Shown here in pieces: positions 25,521-39,155 of a DNA stretch of 64,000 nucleotides. Numbering within the stretch: the stretch's first letter is position 1; each line of letters opens with the position of its first letter. Under the pieces are notes generated by a model. The model worked only from the letters and a program-made list of their open reading frames with translations, was not told where the DNA came from and searched no databases. The position numbers and the translations under genes were made by a program. The stretch comes from Chiloscyllium plagiosum. Its lineage: Eukaryota. The stretch spans positions 32,052,278 through 32,116,277 of the forward strand of contig NC_057719.1 of assembly GCF_004010195.1 (NCBI RefSeq), given 5' to 3'.

Positions 25521-26129
25521 AAGTAAGATAAGCAATATTTTTCAACTCTGCCTCCGAACTGCGCATTGTCTCCAGATGTCTGAATGTGGCCCAAAAGGCT
25601 GACGTCCTGATCTTCTAATACATTCGGTACCTAGCTTACATTGGCTTATGCCATGTTCTTGCCTTTGAAACCCTTAGATATCTCACTTTACCAAAGTTCT
25701 CTGGCCTAGCTCATGGTGAATGCTTAAGCATGTATCCAGAACTAGATACCCATTTTTATTGGGGGCATTTTAATTTTCAATCCTTTTTGTCTGCTGGAGT
25801 AATTATAGCAACACACAACACTGAGCTTTTCTCATCCCAAGACTATGTGTGAATCTTTTTGTGTTGTTTCCCAGACTGAAAATTAAAGTGGCACATTGGC
25901 AACAAAATGCAGTTGAGATTCATTTAAAGAACAATATTAATGTTTATTTATTGATGCAAATAACTAAAGCTGTGTTTCAATCTGTTACAATGAACACTGT
26001 GTCAAGTTGCCAAGTTGGCATGTTTTGAATAGATAGAATTGTTTTTATTTTTCATTGCCTTTTCAGCCATATCACAATCCAAACCCATGCACATTCCAAG
26101 AGAATTGGGATGAATTTTACACAGTTATG

Positions 26130-27500
26130 TTTTTCAATTCTGTTTTGAGATGTGTGTGTCGCTGGCGAGAGCATTTATTGTCTGCCCCTAATTGCTTTTG
26201 AGAAGCTGGTGGTAAGGTGCTGCAGTTTTTGGCATGGAGAAGCACCCACAGTGCTGTTAGGGTGAGAATTCCAGGACTTTGACCCAATGATATTGAAGAA
26301 ATGGTAGTAGATTTCTAATTTAGGATTATGTGTGGAGAGACTCTTGAAGGTAGTTGTGTTCCCATTTATCTACTGCTTTGTCCTTTTAGGTGGTGGAGAT
26401 GTGCCATTGAGGGAGCCTAAGTGCATTGCTGCAGTGCACCTTCCAGAAGGTACACACTGCTGCTACTGTGCAGTGGAGAAGGAAGTGAAAGTTGAATGTG
26501 GTGCATGAGGTCCCAATCGAGCAGGCCACATTATGTTGGGTGGTCTCAACGTTTTTGAGTGCTGTTGGAGCTGCACCCATCCAGGCAAGTGGAGATTATT
26601 CAATCAAATCCCTGACCTTGTGCCTTGTAGATGGTGGATCGGCATTGTAGGTCCAGGAAGTGAGTTACTTGCTGCAGAATTCCTTGCCTCTGATCTACTT
26701 TTGTAGCCGCAGTACTTATAGCACTGGTCCTATTCATATTCTGGTAAATAGAAACCTTCAGGATGTTGATGAGTAGATATTCAGTGAGGGCAGTGCTATT
26801 GAATGTCAAGGGGAGACAGTTAAATTTTCTCTTGTTGGAGATAATCGTTGCCTGGCACTTGTGTAGCATGCATATTACTTTCTATTTTCCAGACCAAGCC
26901 TAGATGTTCTTCAGGTCTTGTTTATAGACATGGAATGCTTTGGTATTTGATAAGTGACCAATGGTGCTGAATATTGTGCAATCAGCGAACGCACTCACCT
27001 CTGACTTTAAGATGGAGGGAAGGTCATTGAGGAAGTAGCTGAAGATGGTTGAATCTAGGATACTACGCAGAAATGTTCTGGAGCTGAGATGACTTATTTC
27101 CAACAACCACAACCATCCTTCCTTGTGCTCAGTATAACTTCAACCATTGTTTAGTTTTCTAAAAGTCATTGATGCCACATTTGGTCAAATGCAGCATTGA
27201 TGTCAAGAGCAGTCACTCTCACGTTACCCCATCTCTTTTTTCCATGTTTGAAACAAAGCTGTATTGAGGTCAAGGGTCAAGTGGCTCTTGAAGAACTTAA
27301 ACTGAGTTTCAGTGAGCAGGTTATTGCTGAGCAAGTGCCGCTTGCTAACACTATTAATGACCTATTTAATCTATTTGCTGATTATCAAAAATAACTTCAA
27401 AGAACATTGGCTAGATTGGACTTGTCCCACTTTTTGGGCACAGGACATATCTGTGAAATTTTCTATATTGCAGGTAGATGTCAGATGGTAACCCTTTTTG
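26130..27500 (-). mobile_element. Older CR1-group (Zenon/L2-like) LINE RT and 3' end
   Basis: IFSYFLNDLP...FADCTIF, KCQA.IISNKR, STIYKAQ, WMGAAPTALK motifs. Confidence 0.8.
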
Positions 27501-27609
27501 TCCTTACCCTGTGGCCTCTCAGCCACACACACGCTGGGATCTACCACCCATGCCAAACTAAAATTCCTTGGTTTTAACTGAAGGAGACATCTTCACATTT
27601 TTTTAGCAG

Positions 27610-27795
27610 ACCATGGCTAACTCATCTAGCCTACACATCTTTGGACAATTTAACATGGCCAATCAACCTAACCTGCACATCTTTGGACTGTGGGAGGCAA
27701 CTGGGAGAACTCCATGCAGACAGTCATCCGAGACTGGAACATTGATCTGTGGCACTGTGAGGCAGCACTGCCATCTGCTGAGCGAGCGTGCCGCA
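27610..27795 (-). mobile_element. Partial V-SINE
   Basis: aacctgcacatctttggactgtggga and ggcactgtgaggcagca segments. Confidence 0.75.
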
Positions 27796-28500
27796 GTTTT
27801 GAAGAGTTAGAATTGAATAAAACAAAAAAAACTCAAGGTGGGAGATATTTTTGGTTGACCAAAACATTGAAAAAAATTAGAAATGAAGTTTGGAATTTTT
27901 GTCATTGGGAATGCTAGGAATGTGAAACTTGTGCTTTTAGTGATGCTTCATATGCAAAAATCTGAGATGGTTTATATTTTTTTTATTGGATGGAGGGGAG
28001 AAATTGGTGCCCTTTCACATGAGAAGCTAAAAAGTACTTATAAATAGAATGGCTCCCTCTCAGTGAGGGGTGGATATGGCAATTTTCTTAGCCTAAATAT
28101 TAGAAGAAATTAAAAGGCACTTAGCTGCAGTAGCCATTGAGTGTTACATCAATAATAACTCACTATGGGATAATGCATATGCAATGAAATGTTTGTATGA
28201 TAGAATACTAAAGGCCAATAGACACTGGAGAACAGAGAAATCTCCAAATTAAAAAATGTGGTTAGTAGCTTAGAGACATAGAGTCATAGTTTGTAAGCTA
28301 TCACATTGCTTTACAGGCAAAGGAGCAAGCTCTAAGAAATTGTTGAACAGATTAGAAAAAAGGATGCTTAGAACTTTAATATACAAGAAAGAAGCAATAA
28401 TGCATGTTGTTATTTTGTACATTTTCTTCTGTTTATTTATTATGAATATATGTTGTGTTTTTATAGAATCATAGAGTAATAGAGATGTACAGCATGGAAA

Positions 28501-29575
28501 AAAAGTTTTTGAGAAGGTGACCAAGCATGTAGATGAGGGTAGGGCAGTTGATGTGGTTTATATGGACTTCAGTAAAGCCTTTGATAAGGTTCCACATGGT
28601 AGACTGTTGAAAAAAATGCAGAGGCATGGAATTGAGGGTGATTTAGCAGTTTGGATTAGAAACTGGCTTTCTGAAAGAAGGCAGCGAGTGTTTGCAGATG
28701 ACACTAAAGTCAGTGGAGTAGTGGACAGTTATAGGTTACAGGGGGACTTGGATAAACTGCAGAATTGGGCTGAGAGGTGACAAATGGCGTTCAATGCAGC
28801 TAAATGTGAGGTGATGCACTTTGGGAAGAATAACAGGAAGGCAGAGTACTCGGTCAATGGAAAGATTCTCGGTAGTGTGGATGTGCAGAGATATCTTGGA
28901 GTCCATGTACATAGATCCCTGAAAGTTGCCACCCAGGTGGATAGTGCTGTTAAGAAGGCTACGGTGTGTTAGTTTTCAGTTGTAGAGGGACTGAGTTCCG
29001 GAGCCGCAATATCATGCTGCAACTATACAAAATGCTGGTGCGGCCACACTTATTGTGTACAGTTCTGGTCCCCATATTTTGGGAAGGATGTGGAAGCATT
29101 GGAAAAGGTGCAGAGGAGATTTACAAGAATGTTGCCAGGTCTTAAGGGAAGGTCTTATGAGGAAAGGCTGAGAGACTTGAACCTGTTCTCATTGGCAAGA
29201 AGAAGGTTAAGAGGGGATTTGATAGAGACATACAAGACGATCAGAGGATTAGATAGGGTAGACAGTGAAAGTCTTTTTCCCAAGATGATGACGTCAGTGT
29301 ATACAAGGGGGCATAACTACAAGTTGAGGGGTGATAGATTTAAGACAGATGTCAGAGGCAGGTTCTTTACGTAGAGAGTGGTAAAGGTGTGGAATGCCCT
29401 ACCTGCTGATGTAGTCAACTCAGCCACATTAGGGAGATTTAAAAAATCCTTAGGTAAGCTCATGGATGATGATGGGATAGTGTATGGGAATGAGCTGAGA
29501 ATAGTTCACAAGTCAGTGCAGAATCGAGGGCCGAAGGGCCAGTTCTGTGCTGTATTGTTCTATGTTCTACGTTCT
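28501..29575 (+). mobile_element. CR1 LINE (distinct subfamily, gttctat tail) inserted into the tail of a minus-strand CR1
   Basis: VDVVYMDFSKAFDKVPHGRL, FADDTK, ALEKVQRRFTRMLPGL; the host tail is split between 28463-28500 and 29576 onward. Confidence 0.93.
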
Positions 29576-30711
29576 AAACCCTTCAGTCCAACCTGTCCAT
29601 GCTGAGCAGATATCCTAACCCAATCTAGCTCCACCTGCCAGCACGATATCCCTCCAAACCATTCCTATTCATACACCCATCCAATGCTTTTTAAATGTTG
29701 CAATTGTAACAGTATCCACTGCTTCCTCTGGCAACTCATTCCATACACGTGCCACTCTCTGCATGAAAAAGTTGCCTCCTTAGGTCACTTTTATATATTT
29801 CCCCTCTGACCCTAAAGCTATGCCCTCTAGTTCTGGACTCCCTGGTCCCAGGGAAAAGACTTTGTCTACTTATCTTATCCATGCCACTCATAATTTTGTA
29901 AACTTCTATAAGGTCACCCCTCAGCCTCCGACGCTCCAGGGAAAAAAGCGCCAGCCTGTTCAGCCTTTCCCCATAGCTCAAATCCTCCAACCCTGGCAAC
30001 ATCCTTGTAAATCTTTTCTGGACCCTTTCAGGTTTCACAACATCTTTCCAACAGGAAGGAGACCAGAATTGCATGCAATTTTCCAACAGTGGCCTAACCA
30101 ATGTCCTGTACAGCCGCAACATGACCTCCCAACTCCTGTACTCAATACTCTGACCAATAAAGGAAAGCATACCAAATGCTGCCTTCACTATCCTACCTAC
30201 TGTGACTCCACTTTCAAGGAGCTATGAACCTGCACTCCAAGGTCTCTTTGTTAAGCAACACTCCCTAGGACCTTGCCACTAAATGGATAAATCCTGCTAA
30301 GATTTGCTTTCCCAAAACACAGCACCTCGCATTTATCTGAATTAAACTCCATCTGCCACTTCTTAGCCCATTGGCCCATCTGATCAAAATCCTGTTGTAA
30401 TCCGAGGTAACCCTCTTTGCTGTCCACTCCACCTCCAATGTTGGTGTCATCTGCAAACTTACTAACTGTACTTCTTATGCTCACATCCAAATCATTTATG
30501 TAAATGACAAAAAGTAGAGAACCCAGCACTGATCCTTGTGGCACTCCACTGGTCACAGGCCTCCAGTCTGAAAAACAACCCTTCACCACCACCCTCTGTC
30601 TTCTACCTTTGAGCCAGTTCTGTATCCAAATGGTTAGTTCTCCCTTTATTCCGTGAGATCTGACCTTGCTAACCAGTCTCCCATGGGGAACCTTGTTGCA
30701 CGCCTTACTGA
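29576..30711 (-). mobile_element. CR1 ORF2 RT and 3' end
   Basis: SGVPQGSVLG..LFVIYINDLD...KFADDT; RLRGDLIEVYKIM. Confidence 0.95.
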
Positions 30712-31459
30712 NNNNNNNNNNNNNNNNNNNNNNNNNNNNNNNNNNNNNNNNNNNNNNNNNNNNNNNNNNNNNNNNNNNNNNNNNNNNNNNNNNNNNNNNN
30801 NNNNNNNNNNNNNNNNNNNNNNNNNNNNNNNNNNNNNNNNNNNNNNNNNNNNNNNNNNNNNNNNNNNNNNNNNNNNNNNNNNNNNNNNNNNNNNNNNNNN
30901 NNNNNNNNNNNNNNNNNNNNNNNNNNNNNNNNNNNNNNNNNNNNNNNNNNNNNNNNNNNNNNNNNNNNNNNNNNNNNNNNNNNNNNNNNNNNNNNNNNNN
31001 NNNNNNNNNNNNNNNNNNNNNNNNNNNNNNNNNNNNNNNNNNNNNNNNNNNNNNNNNNNNNNNNNNNNNNNNNNNNNNNNNNNNNNNNNNNNNNNNNNNN
31101 NNNNNNNNNNNNNNNNNNNNNNNNNNNNNNNNNNNNNNNNNNNNNNNNNNNNNNNNNNNNNNNNNNNNNNNNNNNNNNNNNNNNNNNNNNNNNNNNNNNN
31201 NNNNNNNNNNNNNNNNNNNNNNNNNNNNNNNNNNNNNNNNNNNNNNNNNNNNNNNNNNNNNNNNNNNNNNNNNNNNNNNNNNNNNNNNNNNNNNNNNNNN
31301 NNNNNNNNNNNNNNNNNNNNNNNNNNNNNNNNNNNNNNNNNNNNNNNNNNNNNNNNNNNNNNNNNNNNNNNNNNNNNNNNNNNNNNNNNNNNNNNNNNNN
31401 NNNNNNNNNNNNNNNNNNNNNNNNNNNNNNNNNNNNNNNNNNNNNNNNNNNNNNNNNNN

Positions 31460-33450
31460 ATACCCATCCAAATGCCTTTTAAATGTTGCAATTGTACCAG
31501 CCTCCACCACTTCCCCTGGCAGCTCATTCCATACACATACCACCCTCTGCATGAAAAATGTGCCCCTTAGGTCCCTTCTATATCTTTCCCCTCTCACCCT
31601 AAACCTATGTCCTCTCGTTCTGGACTCCACCACTCCAGGGAAGAGACTTTGTCTATTTATCCTATCCATGTCCCTCATGATTTTATAAACCTCGATAAGT
31701 TGCTGATCTTTGAGGGGCCCTATTCTCTCCCTAGTTATACCCTTTTGTCCTTAATGTATTTGTAAAAGCCCTTTGGATTCTCCTTAATTCTGTTTGCCAA
31801 AGCTATCTCATGTCCCCTTTTTGCTCACCTGATTTCCTTCTTAAGTAAACTCCTACTGGCATTATCCTCTTCTAAGGATTCACTCAATCTATCCTGTCTA
31901 TATCTGACATATGCTTCCTTCTTTTTCTTAACCAAACCCTCAATTTCTTTAGTCATCCAGCATTCCCTATACCTACCAGCCTTTCCTTTCACCCTGACAG
32001 GAATATACTTTCTCTGGATTCTTGGTATCTCATTTCTGAAGGCTTCCCATTTTCCAGCCATCCCTTTACCTGCAAACTTCTGGCCCAAGTCAGTTTTTGA
32101 AAGTTCTTGCCTAATACTGTCAAAATTGGCCTTCCTCCAATTTAGAACTTCAATTTTTAGGTCTGGTCTATCCTTTTCCATCACTATTTTAAAATGGATA
32201 GAACTATGGTCGCTGGCCCCAAAGTGCTCCCCTACTGACACCTCAGTCACTTGCCCTGCCTTATTTCCTAAGAATAGGTCAAGTTTTGCACCTTCATCCA
32301 CATACTGAATCAGAAAATTGTCTTGTATGCACTTAACAAATTCTTCTCCATCTAAACCCTTAACACTATGGCAATCTCAGTCTATGTTTGGAAAGTTAAA
32401 ATCCCCTACCATATCCACCGTATTATTTTTACAAATAGCTGAGATCTCCTTACAAGTTTGTTTCTCTATTTCCCTCTGACTGTTAGGGGGTCTATAATAA
32501 AATCCCAAAAAGGTGATCATCCCTTTCTTATTTCTCAGTTCCACCCAAATAACCTCCCTGGATGTATTTCCAGGAATTTCCTCCCTCAGCACAGCTATAA
32601 TGTTATCCCTTATCAAAAATGCCACTCCCCCTCCTCTCTTGCCTTCCTTTCTATCCTTCCTGTAGCATTTGTATCCTGGAACATTAAACTGCCAGCTCTG
32701 CCCATCCCTGGGCCATGATATTGCCATAGCAATTTCTGTAATTGCTATGATATTCCAGACCCATGTTCCTAACCACGCCCTGAGTTCATCTGCCTTCCCT
32801 GTTAGGCCCCCTGCATTGAAATAAATGCAGATTAATTTATTAGTCCTACCTTGTCCCTGCCTGCCCTGACTTTTTGACTCACTTCTGTTCTCAACTATAC
32901 TAGTCTCAGATTGATCTCTTTCCTCACTATCTCCCTGGGGTCCCCCCCCCCCCCCCCACCTCAACCCACCCCCTCACCTTACTAGTGTAAATCCTCCTGA
33001 ACAGCTCTAGCAAATTTCCCTGCCAGTATATTAGTCCCCTTCCAATTTAGGTGCAAACCGTCCTTCTTGTACAGGTCACTTCTACCCCAAAAGAGATTCC
33101 AATGATCCAAAATTGTGAATCCTTCTCCCATACACCAGCTCCTCGGCCATGCATTCATTTGCTCTATCCTCCTATTCCTGCCCTCACTAGTCTGTAGCAC
33201 CTGGAGTAATCCAGATATTACTGCCCCTGCGGACCTCCTTTTTAAATTCCTGCCTAACTCTCTGTAATCTCCCTTCAAAGTCTCAACCTTTTTCCCTCCT
33301 ATGTCGTTGGCTCCAATGTGGACAATGACCTCTTGCTGGCCCCTCTCCCCCTTGAGAACATTCTACACTCTCTCTGAGACATCCTTGATCCTGGCACCAG
33401 GGAAGCAACACACCATTCTGATTTTTCATGGCTGGCCACAGAAACACCTT
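31460..33450 (-). mobile_element. CR1: ORF1 SGNH esterase, ORF2 AP endonuclease, joined to a 3'-end fragment (31460-31700)
   Basis: ORF1 LYKKDGLHLNWKGT (32982-33278); APE IIAITE, RGGGVAFLI, YYRPPNS, VGDFNFPNID, SDHSSI. Confidence 0.95.
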
Positions 33451-33885
33451 CATAAATGGGAAAAAGGAATTTGTTGTCAACTAATATGGTCTGAAAGTAG
33501 CCTGACACTAAATGGAACAAAGGAATTGGGGATAGATGTATTTATTAAGGGTTAATTCATTGAGATTGTATAGTAAGGGGGAGCTAGTAATACATGGTGT
33601 GAGCACTTTTAGGAGTATGGTTAATTGAAATAAAGCTCTCACTAAAAAACAAATGTCGACTTGGATTTTGTTCAGAAACATTTTCTTTCTCGTCTACAAC
33701 ACTAAATGCACCCAGAACAATGAAGGATGTATTTGATAGGGAGAACAATATAAGGGAGGAGCGAGGAACAGAAATGCTGAGAGGATTAGTGAGGGACTCA
33801 GATGCTTTGTTACCAATAGTTGGTGAAGAAGAGCTTGGAGAGGGATAGCAAATGACAAAAGCCCTGAAAGATGCAAATGTGCAGG

Positions 33886-34081
33886 CCCAAAAGATGTGCA
33901 GGTCCAAAAGATGTGCAGGTCAAGTGAAGTGGCCTTGCTAAATTGCCCATAGTGTTTGGTGCATTAGTCAAGGGTAAATATAGCGTAGGGAATGGGTCTG
34001 GGTGGGTTACTCTTTGGAGGGTCGGTGTGGACTTGCTGGGCCAAAGGGCCTGTTTCCATACTGTAGGGAATCTAATCTAAT
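33886..34081 (+). mobile_element. 5'-truncated V-SINE
   Basis: caaaagatgtgcagg (duplicated)...gggcctgtttcca..aatctaatctaa. Confidence 0.85.
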
Positions 34082-34179
34082 ATTGAAAACTTCCCAATGA
34101 TATTCTGTAACAGAAGCTGTCTAGTATATAGAAAAGTATATGCATTATAATGGCAGCCTATACAATATTTCCAAATAAG

Positions 34180-34430
34180 ATCAAAAGCTCAAAAATCTCA
34201 GTAGGCCAGGGTAGCATCAATTCTGATGAAAGATCATAGGCCTGAAGCGTTAACCCTATTTCTCTCCACAGATACTGCATGACCATTGAACTATAACCTG
34301 GTGCCGTGTGATTTTTGACTTTGTCCACCCCAGTCCAACACCAGCTCCTCCACATCATGTCCTGCTGAGGTTTGTCAGCAGTTTTGCTTCTTATTTTAGA
34401 TTTCCAGCGTGTAGAGTGTTTTGCTTTTTT
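34180..34430 (+). mobile_element. Chimeric PLE-end remnants with decayed hammerhead
   Basis: ttCTGATGAaagatcataggcctGAAGcgttaac; 34288-34352 matches the terminal part of the 6754-6820 PLE end in reverse orientation. Confidence 0.65.
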
Positions 34431-35499
34431 AATACATTCCAATACTTACAAAGTGTTGGAATTAATCCCATTCTGTAAACAGCAATTTCTTCCCATATAT
34501 TCAAACGAATTCACCAATTTCTAGATAGCCAACGAATAATTTGCTGCTCAGAAGTATTTTGGATACAAACTAATTAACTTTTTTAAAGGGCTATACATTA
34601 CTCTTAGGGTAATGAACTAATGCCTGTTATTTCTCAAAGGAAGGAGCTTTTTGGCCAACGATGATTATTATGAGAAGTTGACCATCAATATCTGTTAGAT
34701 CTTGTACGTATCTACTCTGAGGAATTATGACTTTTTGAAGAAAAGTTCTGGAAGAGCATTTTGTTCTGGTGGTGGGAAAGTTCCTTGAAAATAGCGTGTG
34801 ACACAATAATCTTGTGTATTTGTTTGACAGCAACAGTGTGATGGATACACCTCAAAAAAAACAAACATCTAGGAGGCAAAGCTTCCTGCTGGTAGCACAC
34901 AATAATGTAATCTATTCTAATAAAGACAGTCCTGTTAAATTGTATTATGGATGATTTCCATGTCAACATGATTGCTTTACCTCCTAATAGCTGAGAAGAT
35001 TATGTTGAAACTTGCTGTGGATTCCAAATGAAAAAGTGTCCAAACTTTTATATCCAAAACTATAGATGATTGATTTAACTGAGAATATTTCAACACTCCA
35101 TTGCCAGAAATATTGGTGCTCTGGGCATTCTCTAGCTATATGCAAAAACAGCTCATTGAGTAGAATTGCAAATCAAGATTGAGGTATCTATCTTAGTCAA
35201 ATGTTATGATGTTAACTGAGCCCTGTAAAGAAGCACAAGCTAAACAAATTTAACTTAAACGCTAGGAATCGTGCCAATTGTTTTTCCAATTTATTTTAAT
35301 TTATTCATTACCTTATATCTCTCTCATGCTGATTGCATTCAGCTGATTGACTTTCTCCTGAATCATTTGAACAAATGTGTTGTGTTGAAGATTCAACATA
35401 TGTCAATACTATTGTTTGGAAGTTTGAGTTTGGAAATGCAAAGAACCATGTATCGCTTTAAATTTGAAATATATTTCCATATTGCACGTATTGGTGGGA

Positions 35500-36540
35500 G
35501 GATGACCCCCCAGGTGGATGGAGAAATGCTCCAGGGTGATTTGACCAAATTGAGTGAGTGGGCAAATGTGGAGAAATGTGAAATTTTCCACTTTGGTAGC
35601 AGAATCAGGAAGGTAAGTTATTACCTGAATGGCAATAGATTGAAGACCTGGGTGTCCTTCTACAACAGTCATTGCAAGTAAGCATGCAGGTCCAACATGC
35701 AGTGAAGGTCACAGATAGTATGTTAGACTTGAAAGTGAGAGAACTCCAGTCCAGAAGTAGGGATATTTGTTGCAATCATTCAAGGTCTTGGAAAGACCAC
35801 ACATGGGATTTCGTCTCCAGCTTTAGTCTCCTTTTCTATGGAAGGATGGAAGGAGTGCAACAAAGGTTAACCAGAGAGTCATGAAGTTCTACAGCACAGA
35901 GACAGGCCCTTTGGCCCAAACTGGTCCATGCCGACCAGAGAAAAACCAAAAGAACTGCGGATATTGTAATCAGAAACAAAACAGAAACTGCTGGAAAAGC
36001 TCAGCAGGTCTGGCAGCATCTGTGAAGAGAAATCAAAGTTAATGTTTTGAGTCTGGTGACCCTTCCTCAGAACTGGATTTATTCCTGAGATGACAGGATT
36101 GATGCATGAAGAGAGATTGGAACAGTTCGAACTATCATTCACTGGAGTTTAGAAGAATAAAGGGCAACTTATAGAAACCTATACACATCTAACAGGATTG
36201 GACAGGGCAAACAAACGAAGGACATTCCTGATGACTGAGCAGTCCAGAACTAAAGTCAGAGTTTAATGATACAGAGTAGTGATTTAGGTATAAGATAAGG
36301 TAAAACCTCTTCACCCAGTATAGTGAGCCTGTGGAATTCTGTGCTACAGAAATCAGTTGAGATCAAAACATTGAATGTTTTCAAGGAAGGGTGAAAAATA
36401 ATTCTTAGGGCTAAAGTAATGAAAAGTTATGGAGAGAAAATGGGAAGAGGGTGTTGTGTTGGGCAATTATCCAGATTATATTGATTGGCACAACAGGCTT
36501 GAAGGGCTGAATGGCTTACCTCTGCTCCTAGTTTCTATCT
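35500..36540 (+). mobile_element. Old CR1 3' portion with a PLE-end insertion (35939-36075, minus strand)
   Basis: LQGDLTKLSEWA..EKCEIFHFG; insert is the reverse complement of the 16186-16318 family and ends at CTGAGGA. Confidence 0.8.
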
Positions 36541-36794
36541 TCAGAAGGGAAGACCATACCATTAGTTTCATTTTTGAGTTCTGTGAATGGTGCAGGTCGT
36601 CTCAAGTTTTGTTTACATGCATCTAATTGAGGCATTTAAAACCCTTAAGGTGAATAGTTGGTGAACGGTGCATTAGAAACAAAAGTAGAAGAAAAAGTTT
36701 TCTATTTCACAGGGTAAAACAAAGATAGAACCTTCCAGAAGATCAGGCAGTACGTGCAGGATTATTTCAGGTCATTCAGAGAGAAAATGAACAA

Positions 36795-37112
36795 GGGTGG
36801 TACAGTGGCTCAGTGGTTAGCACTGCTGCCTCACAGTTATAGGGACTTGGGTTCGATTCTAGCCTCAAGTCTGTGTGGAGTTTGCACATTCTACCTGTGT
36901 CTGTGTGGGTTTCCTCCCACAGTCCAAAGATGTGCAGTTTAGGTGAATTGGCCATGCCAAATTGCCCGTAATGTTCAAGAATGTGTACGTTAGGTGCATT
37001 AGTCAGAGGAAATGTAGAGTAATAGGATAGGGGTCTGGGTGGGTTACTCTTTGGAAGGTCAGTGTGGACTTGTTGGGCCAAATGGCCTGTTTCCACACTG
37101 TAGGGATTCTAT
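36795..37112 (+). mobile_element. V-SINE
   Basis: tRNA head, V-domain, CR1-like tail. Confidence 0.9.
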
Positions 37113-38749
37113 GTAGTTTAGCAGTCTCCGAAACAGTCAAGGCAGAAGAACTCCTCAGTGACTTAATGCCACTAAGAGAAAAGATTCAGAAATAGAAGGT
37201 TGTAGGTCAAGTGTTTAAACAAACCATATAAAGAATAAGTGAGCAGAGTTAACAGCTTTGTTTAAGTGTCTTAGAAAAAGACATATTACCTAAGGAAACA
37301 GCATCTTGTGAATGCAGAAATGTCCTGAACAGGTAGCAAGCACAGCCATGCCAACTGAGAAAGGAAGTTGAGATAGGATGAGTATCTGTAGGGTTGTTGA
37401 TTGTTGCTGAAAAGTGGTTTGAGATTTTTTTCCTTTCTATGGATGAGCTTTTATTAACAGTACATTGGGAGCCTCTTGTGGCTATGTTCAGTGACTGACC
37501 ACCATATTAAAAAACAGCAATTCTGAAATGTATGGGATGGAATCTTATCAGAGTCTGAGTGATATGGGCTATGGTGAAATTTGTAGCAGAATGAAATGAG
37601 AAGAGCATTGAGTCTGATTTCTATGTCGGGAGCATCTCACTCCAACTTCTTTCCTTTTAAGAAGCAGTGCATCAAGTTTCTCACTGGGCAAGGGCAAGAT
37701 GCCAATTGAGTTAGATTATTGCTTATTGAACTCTTTGTTAATGCCCCAAGTTGCCTCACCACTTACTCTAAAAGACTATTCTGTGATCTACAAAATGGGT
37801 TGCAGATTTCCCCCTGTCTGCCATGTCAAAAGTAAATGTCATGAACTGTGCAGGACAGTTCTGGACTGACAGTATTTATCTGGGTGCACAATGGGGCTTT
37901 CAAAGATGGTGCGAGTTCAAAAGAAGCCAGTGAATTCCAGGGGTAGTGAATTATTCTGGAAATGGCCTAGCATAGGGCTAGATTCGGATGTGAAGGATGA
38001 GTGGGATAAGTAGTTAATGAGATATATTTGGTAAGTCATTTTGACCTCCTGGCAGAGATCCCTCCAATGCAACTCTGGCTCAGCCAAAACTAAATAGTAA
38101 AATTCAGCTCCAGATTACCAAGCTAAGTATTCAATTCAGAACTAGTTGACAATAAATGGCCACGTTTAATTTTGTTTAAAATTGTGCTTCTGGTTTGATA
38201 TAAAATAAATTGGATGCAAATCTGTGCTCAGTAACACTGCAGGAACCAGTTCTACAGAAGCAGCCCTCCAAATGACTTACCCAAAACTTAAAGCCACTTC
38301 CACCGTTACCCATGCAGTCACTTACTCTAACAAAGGGACTGGCAGGAAAGGATGCAGGTCAGAAACTAGGACAGTCGATAAGTTGCAATGTTGAACTGCT
38401 GCTCATTTTTTGTAAACATTTAATGTGGGGCATCTCAGGAACATTCTGTGCTAATGGTTCACAACCCCCAATAAATCCAACTCCCTCCGCCCCCCCCCCA
38501 CCCCACTCCCCCAACCGCCCCCCCCCATCCCCCCAACCCCGGCCCATTGCCAACTTTCTATTTAATAAAGCCAAGGATCCTAGAGATGCGATATTGCTGA
38601 TTTGCTGTTGCAATGTCAACTTTCGCAAGTACTTTGACGTGTATTGGAGGCATTCTGGTTATTTTCTGGATTTAGAAGGGAGTGTTGCTACATTCCAACA
38701 GGGAGGGAAGAAGGGTTTTGTGCTCTGTCCACAGGAAAACTGTAAAAGT

Positions 38750-39155
38750 TGTGGAGGCTGTATTTGTGGTGCTTGTGGGTGACGGGAATGGAGCTGACTT
38801 TACAGAGAGGAAACTCTGCGAAGAGAGAGGAGGAGATGGTGGTTCTCCAAAGAAGACTTGACCTACCTAGGGCTTTCAGGGAGCATTTCCTCTAGCTCCG
38901 CCTCAGCCAGGAGCAATGTCTGAGGTTCATTAAAGAGGTGGTCACTGAGCTGTGCCCCCTCCTTCAACAGGGCCTGCAACTGAACAACAAAATGAGGATC
39001 ATGTTGCTAGTGGTCTTAATGTCAATTGTGCTTATAACTTTTATGCTACTGGATCTTTCCAGCAAGTGATATCTCAGTCTGCAGTTGATTACTGCATCCA
39101 GATATATAGGAGGTCCTTCACATCCAGTTTCCTCATACAGGGAGAAGCAGGCTAA
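38750..39155 (+). mobile_element. Decayed Harbinger (HARBI1-like) transposase fragment
   Basis: AYNFYATGSFQ..ISQSAVDYCI matches the Harbinger transposase 'FYATGSFQ...ISQ..V..CI' motif. Confidence 0.75.

Noticed and set aside
30251..31688. ORFs of 296-475 aa
   Set aside because: They span the 748 bp N gap and join two separate CR1 pieces.
34640..35000. Coding-looking unique DNA (CIMDDFHVNM)
   Set aside because: Probably a very decayed LINE endonuclease (GDFN motif); too weak to call and not a host exon.
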